Part shown: in pieces, positions 19,070 to 32,509 of the stretch | Position numbering within the stretch: the first letter of the stretch is position 1 | Layout of the letters: each line of letters opens with the position of its first letter | Source of the DNA: Salibaculum sp. | GTDB taxonomy: Bacteria; Pseudomonadota; Alphaproteobacteria; Rhodobacterales; Rhodobacteraceae | DNA: 64,000 bases | Direction: 5' to 3' (one strand) | Assembly: GCF_031581025.1 (NCBI RefSeq) | Contig: NZ_JAVLCA010000009.1 | Notes under the pieces: generated by a model | The model's database searches: none | The model's input: only the letters and a program-made list of their open reading frames with translations | Told to the model about the DNA's origin: nothing | Program-made: the position numbers and the translations under genes

Positions 19070-20848
19070 TCATTCCTCAGGCGGGATCACGCGCAGGTGC
19101 AGCTCGCGCAGTTGCGCGTTGGTGGGCTCGGACGGGGCGTCCATCATCAGGTCTTCGGCGCGCTGGGTCATGGGGAACATGATGACCTCGCGGATGTTGT
19201 GTTCCTCGGCCAGCAGCATGACGATCCGGTCGATGCCCGCGGCGCAGCCGCCGTGCGGGGGCGCGCCGTACTGGAAGGCGCTGACCAGCCCGCCGAACCG
19301 CTTGCGGACCTCGGTCTCGTCGTAGCCGGCCTTCTCGAAGGCGCGGATCATCACGTCGAGCCGGTGGTTCCGGATCGCGCCCGAGACCAGCTCATAGCCG
19401 TTGCAGGCCAGGTCGTACTGATAGCCCAGCACCTGGAGCGGGTCGCCCTCCAATGCGGCCAGCCCGCCCTGGGGCATGGAAAACGGGTTGTGGCTGAAGT
19501 CCACCGCGCCGGTCTCTTCGTCGGCCTCGTACATCGGGAAATCGACGATCCAGGCAAAGGCAAAGCGGTCGTGGTCGGTCAGGCCCAGCTCTTCGCCGAT
19601 CACGTCGCGCGCCTTGCCCGCGATGCGCTCGAAGCTGGCCAGCTTGCCGCCCAGGAAAAACGCTGCGTCGCCCACGCCGAGGCCCAGCTGCTGGCGGATC
19701 GCCTCGGTGCGTTCGGGGCCGATGTTCTTGGCCAGAGGGCCGGCGGCCTCAAGCCCTTCGCCCTGATCGCGCCAGAAGATATACCCCATCCCCGGCAGGC
19801 CCTCTTTCTGGGCAAAGGCGTTCATCCTGTCGCAGAACTTGCGCGACCCGCCGCCGGGCGCGGGGATGGCGCGAACCTCGGTGCCCGGCTGCTCCAGCAG
19901 CTTGGCGAAGATGGCAAAGCCGCTGCCGCGGAAATGCTCCGAGGTGTCCTGCATCTTGATCGGGTTGCGCAGGTCGGGCTTGTCGGTGCCATACCATTTC
20001 GCCGCATCGGCATAGGAAATCTGCGGCCAGTGCTTGTCGACCGTCTTGCCGCCGCCGAACTCCTCGAAGATGCCCTCGATCACCGGCTGGATGGTGTCGA
20101 AGACGTCCTGCTGTTCGACAAAGGACATCTCCATGTCGAGCTGGTAGAAATCGGTGGGCGACCGGTCGGCGCGCGGGTCCTCGTCGCGAAAGCACGGCGC
20201 AATCTGGAAATACCTGTCGAAGCCCGAGACCATGATCAGCTGCTTGAACAGCTGCGGTGCCTGCGGCAGCGCGTAGAACTTGCCCGGATGCAGGCGCGAG
20301 GGCACGAGGAAGTCGCGCGCGCCCTCGGGGGACGAGGCGGTGATGATCGGCGTCTGGTATTCGCGAAAGCCCTGGTCCCACATGCGCCGCCGCATCGCGG
20401 CCACCACGTCCGAGCGCAGGGTCATGTTGCGCTGCATCTCTTCGCGGCGCAGGTCCAGGTAGCGATAGCGCAGGCGCGTGTCCTCGGGGTAGTCCTGATC
20501 GCCGAAGACCTGCAAGGGAAGTTCCTCGGCCGCGCCCAGGACCTCGATGTCGCGGATGTAGACCTCGATCTCGCCGGTGGGCAGCCGGGGGTTGATCAGC
20601 TCCGGGTCGCGCGCCTTGACCGTGCCGTCGATGCGGATGCACCATTCGCTGCGCAGCTTTTCCACCTCGGCAAAGACCGGGCTGTCTGGGTCGCAGAGCA
20701 CCTGCGTGACGCCGTAGTGATCGCGCAGGTCGATGAAGAGTACCCCGCCGTGATCGCGCACGCGGTGGACCCAGCCCGAGAGGCGGACGGTCTCGCCGAC
20801 GCTGTCCTTCGTCAGGGCGGCGCAACTGTGGGTGCGGTAGGCGTGCAT
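19070..20848 (-). CDS. aspS: aspartate--tRNA ligase
   Basis: [46 protein letters not shown]; FYQLD suggests the non-discriminating type is possible but not shown. Confidence 0.98.
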   Translation of the reverse strand: MHAYRTHSCAALTKDSVGETVRLSGWVHRVRDHGGVLFIDLRDHYGVTQVLCDPDSPVFAEVEKLRSEWCIRIDGTVKARDPELINPRLPTGEIEVYIRDIEVLGAAEELPLQVFGDQDYPEDTRLRYRYLDLRREEMQRNMTLRSDVVAAMRRRMWDQGFREYQTPIITASSPEGARDFLVPSRLHPGKFYALPQAPQLFKQLIMVSGFDRYFQIAPCFRDEDPRADRSPTDFYQLDMEMSFVEQQDVFDTIQPVIEGIFEEFGGGKTVDKHWPQISYADAAKWYGTDKPDLRNPIKMQDTSEHFRGSGFAIFAKLLEQPGTEVRAIPAPGGGSRKFCDRMNAFAQKEGLPGMGYIFWRDQGEGLEAAGPLAKNIGPERTEAIRQQLGLGVGDAAFFLGGKLASFERIAGKARDVIGEELGLTDHDRFAFAWIVDFPMYEADEETGAVDFSHNPFSMPQGGLAALEGDPLQVLGYQYDLACNGYELVSGAIRNHRLDVMIRAFEKAGYDETEVRKRFGGLVSAFQYGAPPHGGCAAGIDRIVMLLAEEHNIREVIMFPMTQRAEDLMMDAPSEPTNAQLRELHLRVIPPEE

Positions 20849-21020
20849 GGGATGTCCTCTTGCGATGGGCTTGGGCGTCGGTCGGGCCGATACACCGTGG
20901 CCTCGGTGGGGGCAAGGGCGCAGGCCGGGCGGGCTTGGCCGGATCGCCGCTTTGGGCTATGATCTGACTGCTTTTCATGTGTCGCACGGCTTACAACGAT
21001 CTGCGACGAAAGGAGGGGCC

Positions 21021-22256
21021 ATGTGGAAGACCACACTAGACAGGCTGCTGGACAGGCTCGTCGTCGCGGGGCGGCTCGAGGTCACCTGGGCTGACGGATC
21101 GGTCAGCACCTACGGACGCGACAGCAACGCGGTGGCCCCGGCCCGGGTGCGGCTGACAGACCCGGCGCATTACCGGGCGCTCTGCCTCAGCCCCGTCATG
21201 GCCTTTGGCGAGGGCTACATGGACGGCCAGATCGAGGTCGCGCCCGAGGGCCTTTACGACCTTGTCGCGCTGTTCACCCATAACATGCACGGGCACGGCC
21301 AACTGCCAGCCTGGGTCAGGACCATGCAGAACCTGCGGCGGCGGATGAACCGCGTCCTGCAGCGTAACGACCCGCGCCGGGCGCGGCGCAACGTGGCGCA
21401 TCACTACGACCTCTCCGATGACCTCTACCGTCTCTTTCTGGACGCGGACATGCAGTATTCCTGCGCCTATTTCGCCCGCCCCGACAGGACCCTGGACGCG
21501 GCGCAGGAGGCCAAGAAGGCCCATATCGCCGCCAAGCTGCGGCTGGAGCCGGGGTGCCGCGTGCTGGATATCGGCTGCGGCTGGGGCGGCATGGCGCTGA
21601 CCCTGGCGCGCGACCATGGCGCACGGGTCACCGGCGTGACCCTGTCGGAAAACCAGTTGGCCACCGCGCGCCAGCGGGCCGAGGCCGCGGGCCTGTCCGA
21701 CCGGGTCGATTTCCGCCTGGCCGATTATCGCAAGCTCGACGAGACCTTCGACCGCATCGTCAGCGTCGGCATGCTCGAACACGTCGGGCTGCCACAGTAC
21801 GACACCTATTTCGGCAAGGTGCATGATCTGCTGGCCCCCGAGGGCGTGGCGCTGATTCATACCATCGGGCAGGTCGCCCCGCCGCGGCCGACCTCGGACT
21901 GGCTGGCGAAGTATATCTTTCCGGGGGGCTACGTGCCCTCGCTGTCGGAACTGGCCCCGCCGATCGAGCGGTCGGGTCTCTGGGCCACGGACATCGAGGT
22001 GCTGCGCGGGCACTACGCCCGTACGCTGAACCACTGGCGCCAGCGCTTCGAGGCCGCCCTGCCGCAGGTCCGGGCCATGAACGACGACCGTTTCATACGG
22101 ATGTGGCGGTTCTACCTCGTGGCCTGCGAGGCGACCTTCGAACAGGCCCGCCAGGGCGTGTTCCAGTTCCAGCTGTCCCACGCGCAATACGCGGTGCCGG
22201 TGACGCGCGACTATCTTTATGCGCAGCCCGAGGTGCAGCAGCACGCGGCGCAGTGA
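21021..22256 (+). CDS. cyclopropane-fatty-acyl-phospholipid synthase family SAM methyltransferase
   Basis: NVAHHYDLS, DMQYSCAYF, VLDIGCGWGG, FDRIVSVGMLEHVG, KYIFPGG, WRFYL..CE; AGGAGG RBS. Confidence 0.9.
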   Translation: MWKTTLDRLLDRLVVAGRLEVTWADGSVSTYGRDSNAVAPARVRLTDPAHYRALCLSPVMAFGEGYMDGQIEVAPEGLYDLVALFTHNMHGHGQLPAWVRTMQNLRRRMNRVLQRNDPRRARRNVAHHYDLSDDLYRLFLDADMQYSCAYFARPDRTLDAAQEAKKAHIAAKLRLEPGCRVLDIGCGWGGMALTLARDHGARVTGVTLSENQLATARQRAEAAGLSDRVDFRLADYRKLDETFDRIVSVGMLEHVGLPQYDTYFGKVHDLLAPEGVALIHTIGQVAPPRPTSDWLAKYIFPGGYVPSLSELAPPIERSGLWATDIEVLRGHYARTLNHWRQRFEAALPQVRAMNDDRFIRMWRFYLVACEATFEQARQGVFQFQLSHAQYAVPVTRDYLYAQPEVQQHAAQ

Positions 22257-22257
22257 T

Positions 22258-23376
22258 CTAGAGCACCGCGAAGCTGGCCTTTAGCAGCGCCTCGTCGTAT
22301 TCGTCCCGCGCCGTGCTGTCCCAGACCACGCCGCCGCCGACGTTGAGCGTGGCCGTGTCGCCCGCACGCAGCAGGCTACGGATGGCCACGTTGAACTCGG
22401 CGCGCCCGTCCGGGGCGGCCCAGCCGATGCTACCGCAATAGGCCTCGCGCGGGGCCTCTTCCAACTCACGAATGATCTGCATGGCGCGAACTTTGGGCGC
22501 CCCGGTGATCGAGCCGCAGGGGTATAGCGCGGCGAAAATCTCGCTCAGCCCGACAACAGGGCGCAACTGCCCCGCCACCCGGCTGACCATCTGGTGAACG
22601 GTGGTGTAGGTCTGGACGTGGAACAGCTCGGGCACCCGCACCGAGCCGACCTCGGCAATGCGGCTCAGGTCATTGCGCAACAGGTCCACGATCATCAGGT
22701 TCTCGGCCCGGTTCTTGACGTCGCCGGACAGATGCGCGCGGGCCAGGGCGTCGGCCTCGGGCGTGTCGCCGCGCGACACGGTGCCCTTCATCGGCAGGGT
22801 TTCCAGCCGCCCATCGGCGTCGATGCGGAAAAACAACTCGGGCGAGCGCGACAGGATGTCGGGCAGACCCTCCTGTTCGACCAGCACGCCGTGGCCGACC
22901 GGCTGGCGCGCGGCAAGCGCGGCGTAAAGCGCGGCACTCTCGCCCGCGACAGGCGCGTCGACGGGAAAGGTCAGGTTGGCCTGGTAGATGTCGCCCGCCC
23001 CGATCCAGTCATGGACACGGGCAAAGGCGGTTTCATAGCGATCCGCGTCCCAGCGCGGGCGCAGCGGCCCGATCCGCGCCGCCCCCTCTGCCAATGGCGC
23101 CGCAGGCTTCGGCCCGTCGAAGACACCGAAACACAGCAGCGGCAAGCGGCGGCCTTCGGGCATCAGCCCGGCCAGCGCCGGCTCGAGCGCGTAGCCCAAC
23201 TCGTAGCTGGCATAGCCCGCCAGCCACTTGCCCGCCGCACGCGCGGCATCCAGAGCAGCCAGGGCGGGAGGCACCTCGTCGGGTGCGTCGGCCTGGATCA
23301 CCTGCTCCGCGCCGTCGAACTGCGCCGCGCCGCCCGCCATTTCCGGCCCTGTCATGCTGTCGAACCTCAGCCGCAC
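22258..23376 (-). CDS. pabB: aminodeoxychorismate synthase component I (PabB-like)
   Basis: GY.SYELG, GDIYQANLT, SPELFF, PMKGT, K.RAENLMIVDLLRND, PCGSITGAPK, NVAIRS; GTG start after GGAAAGGG. Confidence 0.85.
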   Translation of the reverse strand: MRLRFDSMTGPEMAGGAAQFDGAEQVIQADAPDEVPPALAALDAARAAGKWLAGYASYELGYALEPALAGLMPEGRRLPLLCFGVFDGPKPAAPLAEGAARIGPLRPRWDADRYETAFARVHDWIGAGDIYQANLTFPVDAPVAGESAALYAALAARQPVGHGVLVEQEGLPDILSRSPELFFRIDADGRLETLPMKGTVSRGDTPEADALARAHLSGDVKNRAENLMIVDLLRNDLSRIAEVGSVRVPELFHVQTYTTVHQMVSRVAGQLRPVVGLSEIFAALYPCGSITGAPKVRAMQIIRELEEAPREAYCGSIGWAAPDGRAEFNVAIRSLLRAGDTATLNVGGGVVWDSTARDEYDEALLKASFAVL

Positions 23377-23525
23377 ATGCGTCCCTTTCCCCGCGCCGTT
23401 CCGACCCCGAGACATAGTCCGTGGCCTGCCGGGCGAACAGGGCCGAAAACGCCCCTTTGGCCGGCAAAGGCGCCGCATCGCGCCGTCGCGCCGCGGTGCC
23501 CCGGAGCGCCTGCACCAATGAGCCC

Positions 23526-23553
23526 TTGCACCGGCGCGCACCATCCCTATAAC
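23526..23553 (+). promoter_or_regulatory. candidate carB promoter
   Basis: TTGCAC-N16-TATAAC. Confidence 0.5.
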
Positions 23554-23618
23554 CCGCGACAATTTGGGGACATCCACGATGCCTGAATCGCACACCTGAA
23601 AGCTGAGGGGCCGCCACA

Positions 23619-26963
<3,345 letters not shown>

Positions 26964-27062
26964 TCACCGGGTCCGGCCCTGCCGGACAAAGGGCCCTGTC
27001 GGCCTTTTGAAGCGATACCCGGGCGGGGCGCCGGCCGGGGCGCCCTCAGACGCTCCGTCACC

Positions 27063-27091
27063 CTTGCCTTGGGCCTGCCCTTTCCCCATCC
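27063..27091 (+). promoter_or_regulatory. candidate sigma32-type promoter of the KAS III gene
   Basis: CTTGCC-N15-CCCCATCC, same geometry as the hsp20 promoter. Confidence 0.4.
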
Positions 27092-27117
27092 TGGCAGGCA
27101 GCCGAGGGAGGAGAGAC

Positions 27118-28236
27118 ATGCACAGCGCCGCGATCACCGGAACCGGGGTCTTCACCCCGGACCAGAGCATTTCCAACGCGGAACTGGTCGCCGCCTTCAA
27201 CGCCTATGCCGACCGGCAGAACGCGGCCAATGCCGCGGCGATCGCCGCCGATGAGGTCGCGCCCATCCCGCACTCTTCCTCCGCCTTCATCGAAGAGGCC
27301 TCGGGCATCCGCAGCCGCTACGTGATGGACAAGTCCGGCATTCTCGACCCCGACCGCATGTTTCCGCGCCTGGCCCCGCGCGCCGATGACGCCCCCAGCC
27401 TGATGGCCGAGATGGCGCTGGACGCCGGCCGGCAGGCCCTCGACAAGGCCGGGGTCGCCGCCGGTGACGTCGATGCCATCCTCTGCGCCGCCTCCAACCA
27501 CGAAAGGGCCTACCCGGCCATCGCCGTGGAAATCCAGAGCCTGCTGGGCACCGGCGGTTTCGCCTTCGACATGAACGTCGCCTGCTCCTCGGCCACCTTC
27601 GGCATCCTCGCCGCCACCGACATGATCCGCGCCGGCACGATCCGCCGCGCACTGGTGGTGAACCCGGAAATCTGCTCGGCCCACTTGGAATGGCGTGACC
27701 GGGACTGCCACTTCATCTTCGGCGATGTCTGCACCGCCCTTCTGATCGAGCGTGACGACGACCTGCAGGGTCCGCATTTCAGGATCAGGTCCACCCGCGC
27801 GGCAACACAGTTCTCCAACAACATCCGCAACAACGACGGCTTCCTGCGTCGCAGCCACGACCAGATGGAAGACCGCCGCGACATGCAGTTCATGCAGGAG
27901 GGCCGCAGGGTCTTCAAGGAGGTGCTGCCGCTGGTCTCCCGACATATCGCCGATCACATGGCGCAAGAGGGCGTGGTCGCCGACGCCCTGAAACGGCTCT
28001 GGCTGCACCAGGCCAACAAGACCATGAACGACTATATCGGCAAGCGGGTCCTGGGCCGCACGCCCAGCCCGCAGGAACAGCCCAACATCCTGCAGGACTA
28101 TGCCAATACCTCCTCGGCGGGCTCCATCATCGCCTTCGCCCAGTATTCGGACGATCTCGACACCGGCGATACCGGGCTGATCTGTTCCTTCGGGGCGGGC
28201 TATTCTGTGGGCTCGGTGATCGTGGAACGCGCCTGA
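27118..28236 (+). CDS. beta-ketoacyl-ACP synthase III (long, PA3286-like subfamily)
   Basis: Cys-His-Asn triad motifs NVACSSATFG, WLHQAN, YANTSSAGS; also RDRD.HFIFGD, QFSNNIRNN, SFGAGYS; GGAGGAG RBS. Confidence 0.9.
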   Translation: MHSAAITGTGVFTPDQSISNAELVAAFNAYADRQNAANAAAIAADEVAPIPHSSSAFIEEASGIRSRYVMDKSGILDPDRMFPRLAPRADDAPSLMAEMALDAGRQALDKAGVAAGDVDAILCAASNHERAYPAIAVEIQSLLGTGGFAFDMNVACSSATFGILAATDMIRAGTIRRALVVNPEICSAHLEWRDRDCHFIFGDVCTALLIERDDDLQGPHFRIRSTRAATQFSNNIRNNDGFLRRSHDQMEDRRDMQFMQEGRRVFKEVLPLVSRHIADHMAQEGVVADALKRLWLHQANKTMNDYIGKRVLGRTPSPQEQPNILQDYANTSSAGSIIAFAQYSDDLDTGDTGLICSFGAGYSVGSVIVERA

Positions 28237-28243
28237 GCCGCCC

Positions 28244-28288
28244 CTTCATCTTGGCAGGTAAACTCCGGGGGTTTGGGGGCTGGCCCCC
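28244..28288 (+). repeat. REP-like intergenic element, copy B
   Basis: CTTCATCTTGG..TAAACTCCGGGGG-ttt-GGGGGC-tg-GCCCCC, between convergent KAS III and arsH. Confidence 0.55.
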
Positions 28289-28334
28289 AATCACACATAA
28301 AGCGTGCGCAGCACACCGCATGGTCACGGCCGGG

Positions 28335-29051
28335 TCAGGAATTCACCCGCGTATGAACCGCGTCGAGGCTTTCCACCCGTTCGGAATAGCGGTCCACCAG
28401 CATCTCCTTGCGGCCACGCACCATGAGGGTGAAGCGGGCCAGTTCCTCCATCACGTCCACGATGCGATTGTAAAGCGGCGAGGGCTTCATGCGGCCCTTG
28501 TCGAACTCGCCCCAGGCCTTGGGCACCGAGGATTGGTTGGGGATCGTCACCATGCGCATCCAGCGGCCCAGCAGGCGCATCTGGTTGACCGCGTTGAAGC
28601 TCTGCGAGCCGCCCGAGACCTGGCAGAGCGCCAGCGTCTTGCCCTGCGTGGGCCGGATGCCGCCGATCGGGGCCAGCGGCAGCCAGTCGATCTGGGTCTT
28701 CATCAGCCCGCTCATGGCGCCGTGGCGTTCGGGGCTGGACCAGACCATCCCCTCGGACCACAGCGCCAGCGCGCGCAGTTCGGCCACCTTCTCGTGGCCC
28801 TCGTCCACGCCATGATCGTCCACCTGCGGCAGGCCGTGCGGATCAAAGAACCGCGTCTCGCAGCCCAGCGCGCGCAGCACCCGCGCGCCCTCTTCGGCGA
28901 CGCCGCGGGAATAGCTTGTCTCGCGCAGCGATCCGTAGAGCAGCAGGATGCGCGGCGGATGCCCCGGATCGCCGGGCGCGGCCAGCGCGGCACGGTCGGG
29001 CTGGCGCAGCGCGGCCGCCTCGATGTTGGGCATGGTGTCGTCGTGGGTCAC
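28335..29051 (-). CDS. arsH: arsenical resistance protein ArsH (NADPH-dependent FMN reductase)
   Basis: [61 protein letters not shown]; GTG start after GAGG. Confidence 0.93.
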   Translation of the reverse strand: MTHDDTMPNIEAAALRQPDRAALAAPGDPGHPPRILLLYGSLRETSYSRGVAEEGARVLRALGCETRFFDPHGLPQVDDHGVDEGHEKVAELRALALWSEGMVWSSPERHGAMSGLMKTQIDWLPLAPIGGIRPTQGKTLALCQVSGGSQSFNAVNQMRLLGRWMRMVTIPNQSSVPKAWGEFDKGRMKPSPLYNRIVDVMEELARFTLMVRGRKEMLVDRYSERVESLDAVHTRVNS

Positions 29052-29196
29052 GGCAACCTCGGGATGATGGACCAGTGCCGCGACCCTGTCGCGGGACGGC
29101 CCCGCGCGCAAGGCCCGACGCGTTTGCCCTTGCACCCGGCGCCGGTCCGGGACACCACGGCTCAACCCCTCGCATACCTCGAACCGAGACAACGTC

Positions 29197-29793
29197 ATGG
29201 CCAAGCTCCATTTCAACTACTCGACAATGAACGCGGGCAAGTCGACCGTGCTGCTGCAGGCCAGCCATAACTACATCGAGCGGGGCATGCAGACCTACCT
29301 GCTGACCTCGCAACTCGACACCCGCGCGGGCGAGGGCCGCATCGCCAGCCGGATCGGCATAGGAACCCCGGCCGACACCTTCGCGCCAGGCGAGGATCTC
29401 TTTCGCAAGATCGAGTCGCGCCTAGCCCAAGGCCCCTGTGCCTGTGTCTTCATCGACGAGGCACAGTTCCTGACCGAACCGCAGGTCTGGCAAGTGGCCC
29501 GGGTGGTGGACGATCTCAACCTGCCGGCGATGTGCTATGGGCTGCGGGTGGATTTCATGGGCCAGCTCTTTCCCGGCTCCGCCGCCCTGCTGGCGCTGGC
29601 CGACGAGATGCGCGAGGTGCGCACGATCTGCCATTGCGGCAAGAAGGCCACCATGGTGGTCCGGACCGATGGCGCAGGCCGCGTGCTGACCGGGGGAGAG
29701 CAGGTGCAGATCGGCGGCAACGAAAGCTATGTCAGCCTGTGCCGCCGCCACTGGCGCGCGGCCACCGAAAGCGACACGCCGCCCCTGGTGTAG
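29197..29793 (+). CDS. tdk: thymidine kinase
   Basis: [51 protein letters not shown]. Confidence 0.97.
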   Translation: MAKLHFNYSTMNAGKSTVLLQASHNYIERGMQTYLLTSQLDTRAGEGRIASRIGIGTPADTFAPGEDLFRKIESRLAQGPCACVFIDEAQFLTEPQVWQVARVVDDLNLPAMCYGLRVDFMGQLFPGSAALLALADEMREVRTICHCGKKATMVVRTDGAGRVLTGGEQVQIGGNESYVSLCRRHWRAATESDTPPLV

Positions 29794-29811
29794 TCGCCGG
29801 TCGGTCCCGCC

Positions 29812-30762
29812 TCAGTTGACCCGCTGCGGCGGGTCGCGCCCTTCGGTGAAGGCGATGATGTTGTCCAGCGCCATCTGGCCCATGGCCTGCCGGGTTTCCA
29901 CGGTGGCCGAGCCCAGGTGCGGCAACAGCACGCAGTTGTCCAGCGCGCGTAGCCGGTCCGGCACATGCGGTTCCGCCGCGTAGACATCCAGACCCGCCCC
30001 GGCGATGCGGCCCTGTTCCAGCGCCGCGATCAGGGCGGCCTCGTCCACGACCTCGCCGCGCGAGATGTTGACGAATATGCCGCCGGGCTTCATCGCCGCC
30101 AGCGCCCGCGCGTCGATCAGTCCGGTCGTCCCGGCCCCGCCCGGCACCGTGACAACCACGAAATCGGCCTGCGCCATGAGGTCTTGCAGCGTCTCGACCT
30201 GCCGTGCGGGCAGGCCCGCGTCCTTGGGCGAGCGGTTGTGGTAGATCACCTCCATGCCGAAGCCGTAGTGGCCGCGTCGGGCCACCGCCTGCCCGATCCG
30301 GCCCATGCCGACCACGCCCAGCACCTTTCCGGTAACATCCGTGCCCAGCAGCGATTGCGGCCCGAAGCCGCCCCACTGGCCGGCACGGACCATGCGCTCG
30401 CCCTCGCCCGCGCGCCGCGCCGTGGCCAGGATCAGGGTCCAGCCGATATCGGCCGTGGCATCGGTCAGAACGTCCGGCGTGTTCGTCACCACGACGCCCG
30501 CCGCCGCGGCGGCCGTCACGTCGATATGGTTGTAGCCCACCCCGAAGTTGCCGATAATTTTCGCCCGCGGGTCTCCGGCGCGTTCGAAGGCCGCCGCACT
30601 GAAGGCATCGCCAAGGGTCGGCAGGATCGCGTCATAGGCGGTCAGCGCCAGCGCCGCCTCTTCTTCACTCAGCGCCGCCTCGCCCAGGGTCACGTCGAAC
30701 CTGGCCCGGGCCTGATCCAGAACCGGTTGGGCGATGGGTCTCGTGATCAGCAGTTTCAGCAC
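29812..30762 (-). CDS. D-isomer-specific 2-hydroxyacid dehydrogenase (glyoxylate/glycerate type)
   Basis: GVGYNHID, TNTPDVLT, GMGRIG Rossmann motif, NISRG, GLDVY, LPHLGSAT. Confidence 0.93.
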   Translation of the reverse strand: MLKLLITRPIAQPVLDQARARFDVTLGEAALSEEEAALALTAYDAILPTLGDAFSAAAFERAGDPRAKIIGNFGVGYNHIDVTAAAAAGVVVTNTPDVLTDATADIGWTLILATARRAGEGERMVRAGQWGGFGPQSLLGTDVTGKVLGVVGMGRIGQAVARRGHYGFGMEVIYHNRSPKDAGLPARQVETLQDLMAQADFVVVTVPGGAGTTGLIDARALAAMKPGGIFVNISRGEVVDEAALIAALEQGRIAGAGLDVYAAEPHVPDRLRALDNCVLLPHLGSATVETRQAMGQMALDNIIAFTEGRDPPQRVN

Positions 30763-31097
30763 ACCCGGGCTCCTTGCGGGACATCGGTGTCCGGCGACAA
30801 CAGGACCACGGCCCCATCAGCATCATGCAGGCCCAGCACCAGCACCTCGGACAGGAACTTGCCGATCTGGCGGGGCGGGAAATTGACCACGGCGATGACC
30901 TGCCGCCCGGGCAGGTCGCCCGGCGTGTAATGGTCGGTGATCTGGGCTGAAGTCTTGCGGGTGCCGATCTCGTCGCCGAAATCGACCCAGAGCTTGATCG
31001 CCGGTTTGCGGGCCTCGGGGAAGGGTTCGGCGCGGGTCACGCGCCCCACGCGGATATCCACCTTCAGGAAATCGTCGATCGAGATCTCATCGGCCAT
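30756..31097 (-). CDS. csaA: tRNA-binding / export chaperone CsaA
   Basis: DIRVG, ARKPA.KL.VDFG, SAQIT, VVNFPPRQIG...SEVLVLG. Confidence 0.88.
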   Translation of the reverse strand: MADEISIDDFLKVDIRVGRVTRAEPFPEARKPAIKLWVDFGDEIGTRKTSAQITDHYTPGDLPGRQVIAVVNFPPRQIGKFLSEVLVLGLHDADGAVVLLSPDTDVPQGARVC

Positions 31098-31905
31098 CGG
31101 CGAGCTCCTTGCTGCGTGCCGCTGCCGCCCTGACCGCCCGGCGCAGAAGCGGCGGAAACCCCGTGTCCTCCTCCATCAGAACCGCCAACGCCGCCTGCGT
31201 GGTGCCGTTTGGCGAGGTGACGTTGACGCGCAATTGGCCGGGGTCCTCCGGGGCCTCCTCGGCCAATTGGCCGGCGCCGGCCACCGTCGCCTTGGCCAGC
31301 CGCAGGGCCAACTCGGCGGGCAGCCCCTCGGCCTCGCCCGCCGCCGCGAGCGTCTCGATCAGGTGGAAGACATAGGCCGGGCCGGAGCCGCTCACCGCGG
31401 TGACCGCGTGCATCTGGCCCTCGACATCCAGCCGCACCACCTGCCCCACTGCCGAAAGCAGCGCCTCGGCCAGGTCCATCTGGGCCGCGCTGGCATGGCT
31501 GTTGCCGACGATGGCGGTGATCCCGCGCCCCACCGCCGAGGGCGTGTTGGGCATGGCCCGGATCACCGGGGTGCGCGCGCCCAGCGCCGCCTCGAAGGCC
31601 GACATCGGCGTGCCGGCCGCCACCGAAAGCACCACGGTCTTGCCATTGCCCAGCGCCTGCATCGCGGGCAGCGCCTGGCCCATCATTTGCGGCTTGACCG
31701 CCACCAAGGCCACCGCCGGGTCATCGGGCAACGCGGTGTTTAGATGCACGCCCTGCGCGCGCAGCCAGTCCGAGGGGTCGGGGTCGATCACCCGGACCGC
31801 GCCCGGCGACAGGCCCCCCGCCAACCAGCCCGCCAGCATGGCGGACCCCATCCTGCCACAGCCCAGAAGCACCATGCCGCGGCGTTCGATCTCTGTCATG
31901 TCCAT
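31087..31905 (-). CDS. proC: pyrroline-5-carboxylate reductase
   Basis: LGCGRMG, AVKPQ, SVAAG, RAMPNTP, SGSGPAY, VTSPNGTT. Confidence 0.96.
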   Translation of the reverse strand: MDMTEIERRGMVLLGCGRMGSAMLAGWLAGGLSPGAVRVIDPDPSDWLRAQGVHLNTALPDDPAVALVAVKPQMMGQALPAMQALGNGKTVVLSVAAGTPMSAFEAALGARTPVIRAMPNTPSAVGRGITAIVGNSHASAAQMDLAEALLSAVGQVVRLDVEGQMHAVTAVSGSGPAYVFHLIETLAAAGEAEGLPAELALRLAKATVAGAGQLAEEAPEDPGQLRVNVTSPNGTTQAALAVLMEEDTGFPPLLRRAVRAAAARSKELADGR

Positions 31906-32005
31906 GAGAGCCCCCCTGTTTGACCCCGAGTGTTAGGGACAGGCGGCACAGGGTTCAAGGCTGCGGGTCAGGGGCCGGGACGTGCGCACCCGGCCCGCGC
32001 GCCGA

Positions 32006-32509
32006 TCAAGCGGTGCCATAGGCCTCGGCGATGGCCACCTGGATCGCCTCGGCCGCGCTGCGCTCGGCCCAGGTGACAAGCTGGAAGGCCGGGTAGTAGC
32101 GTTCGGCGCTCAGCACGGCGGCCGAGATCATCGTGTCGATCTGCTCGGGGCTGGCGATCTGGTCGCCCGCCAGCACGAGGCCATAGCGATAGACCATGAG
32201 CTTCTGCTCGGCCCAGAAGGTGAAGGCCCCGGCCCAGCACATGTCGTTGATACTGTTGAGCGCCTCGTAAAGGGCGGGCACGCGCTCCTCGGGCGGCTCC
32301 ATCTCGAAGGTGCAGATTAGCCGCAGCGTCTGGTCGTAGACCGACCAGGCGAGGGTGATCGAATAGGTTCGCCACTGGCCTTCGACCGCCATGGCGATCT
32401 GGTCATCGGCGATCCGGTCGAACGCCCAGTCGTGATGCTCGGCGATATGCTCGACAAGGTCGATGGGATGTATCTCGGCGGAGTCGGGGACCTGCTCCGT
32501 CAGTGCCAT
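32006..32509 (-). CDS. YbjN domain-containing protein
   Basis: HPID.VE..A....W.FDR, GQWRTYS, N.....GAF, ERYYPAFQ, GTA C-terminus; GGAGG RBS. Confidence 0.85.
   Translation of the reverse strand: MALTEQVPDSAEIHPIDLVEHIAEHHDWAFDRIADDQIAMAVEGQWRTYSITLAWSVYDQTLRLICTFEMEPPEERVPALYEALNSINDMCWAGAFTFWAEQKLMVYRYGLVLAGDQIASPEQIDTMISAAVLSAERYYPAFQLVTWAERSAAEAIQVAIAEAYGTA

Noticed and set aside
20958-21000. TGATCT upstream of the cfa-like gene as a sigmaE (RpoE-ChrR) promoter
   Set aside because: No matching -10 element at the expected spacing.
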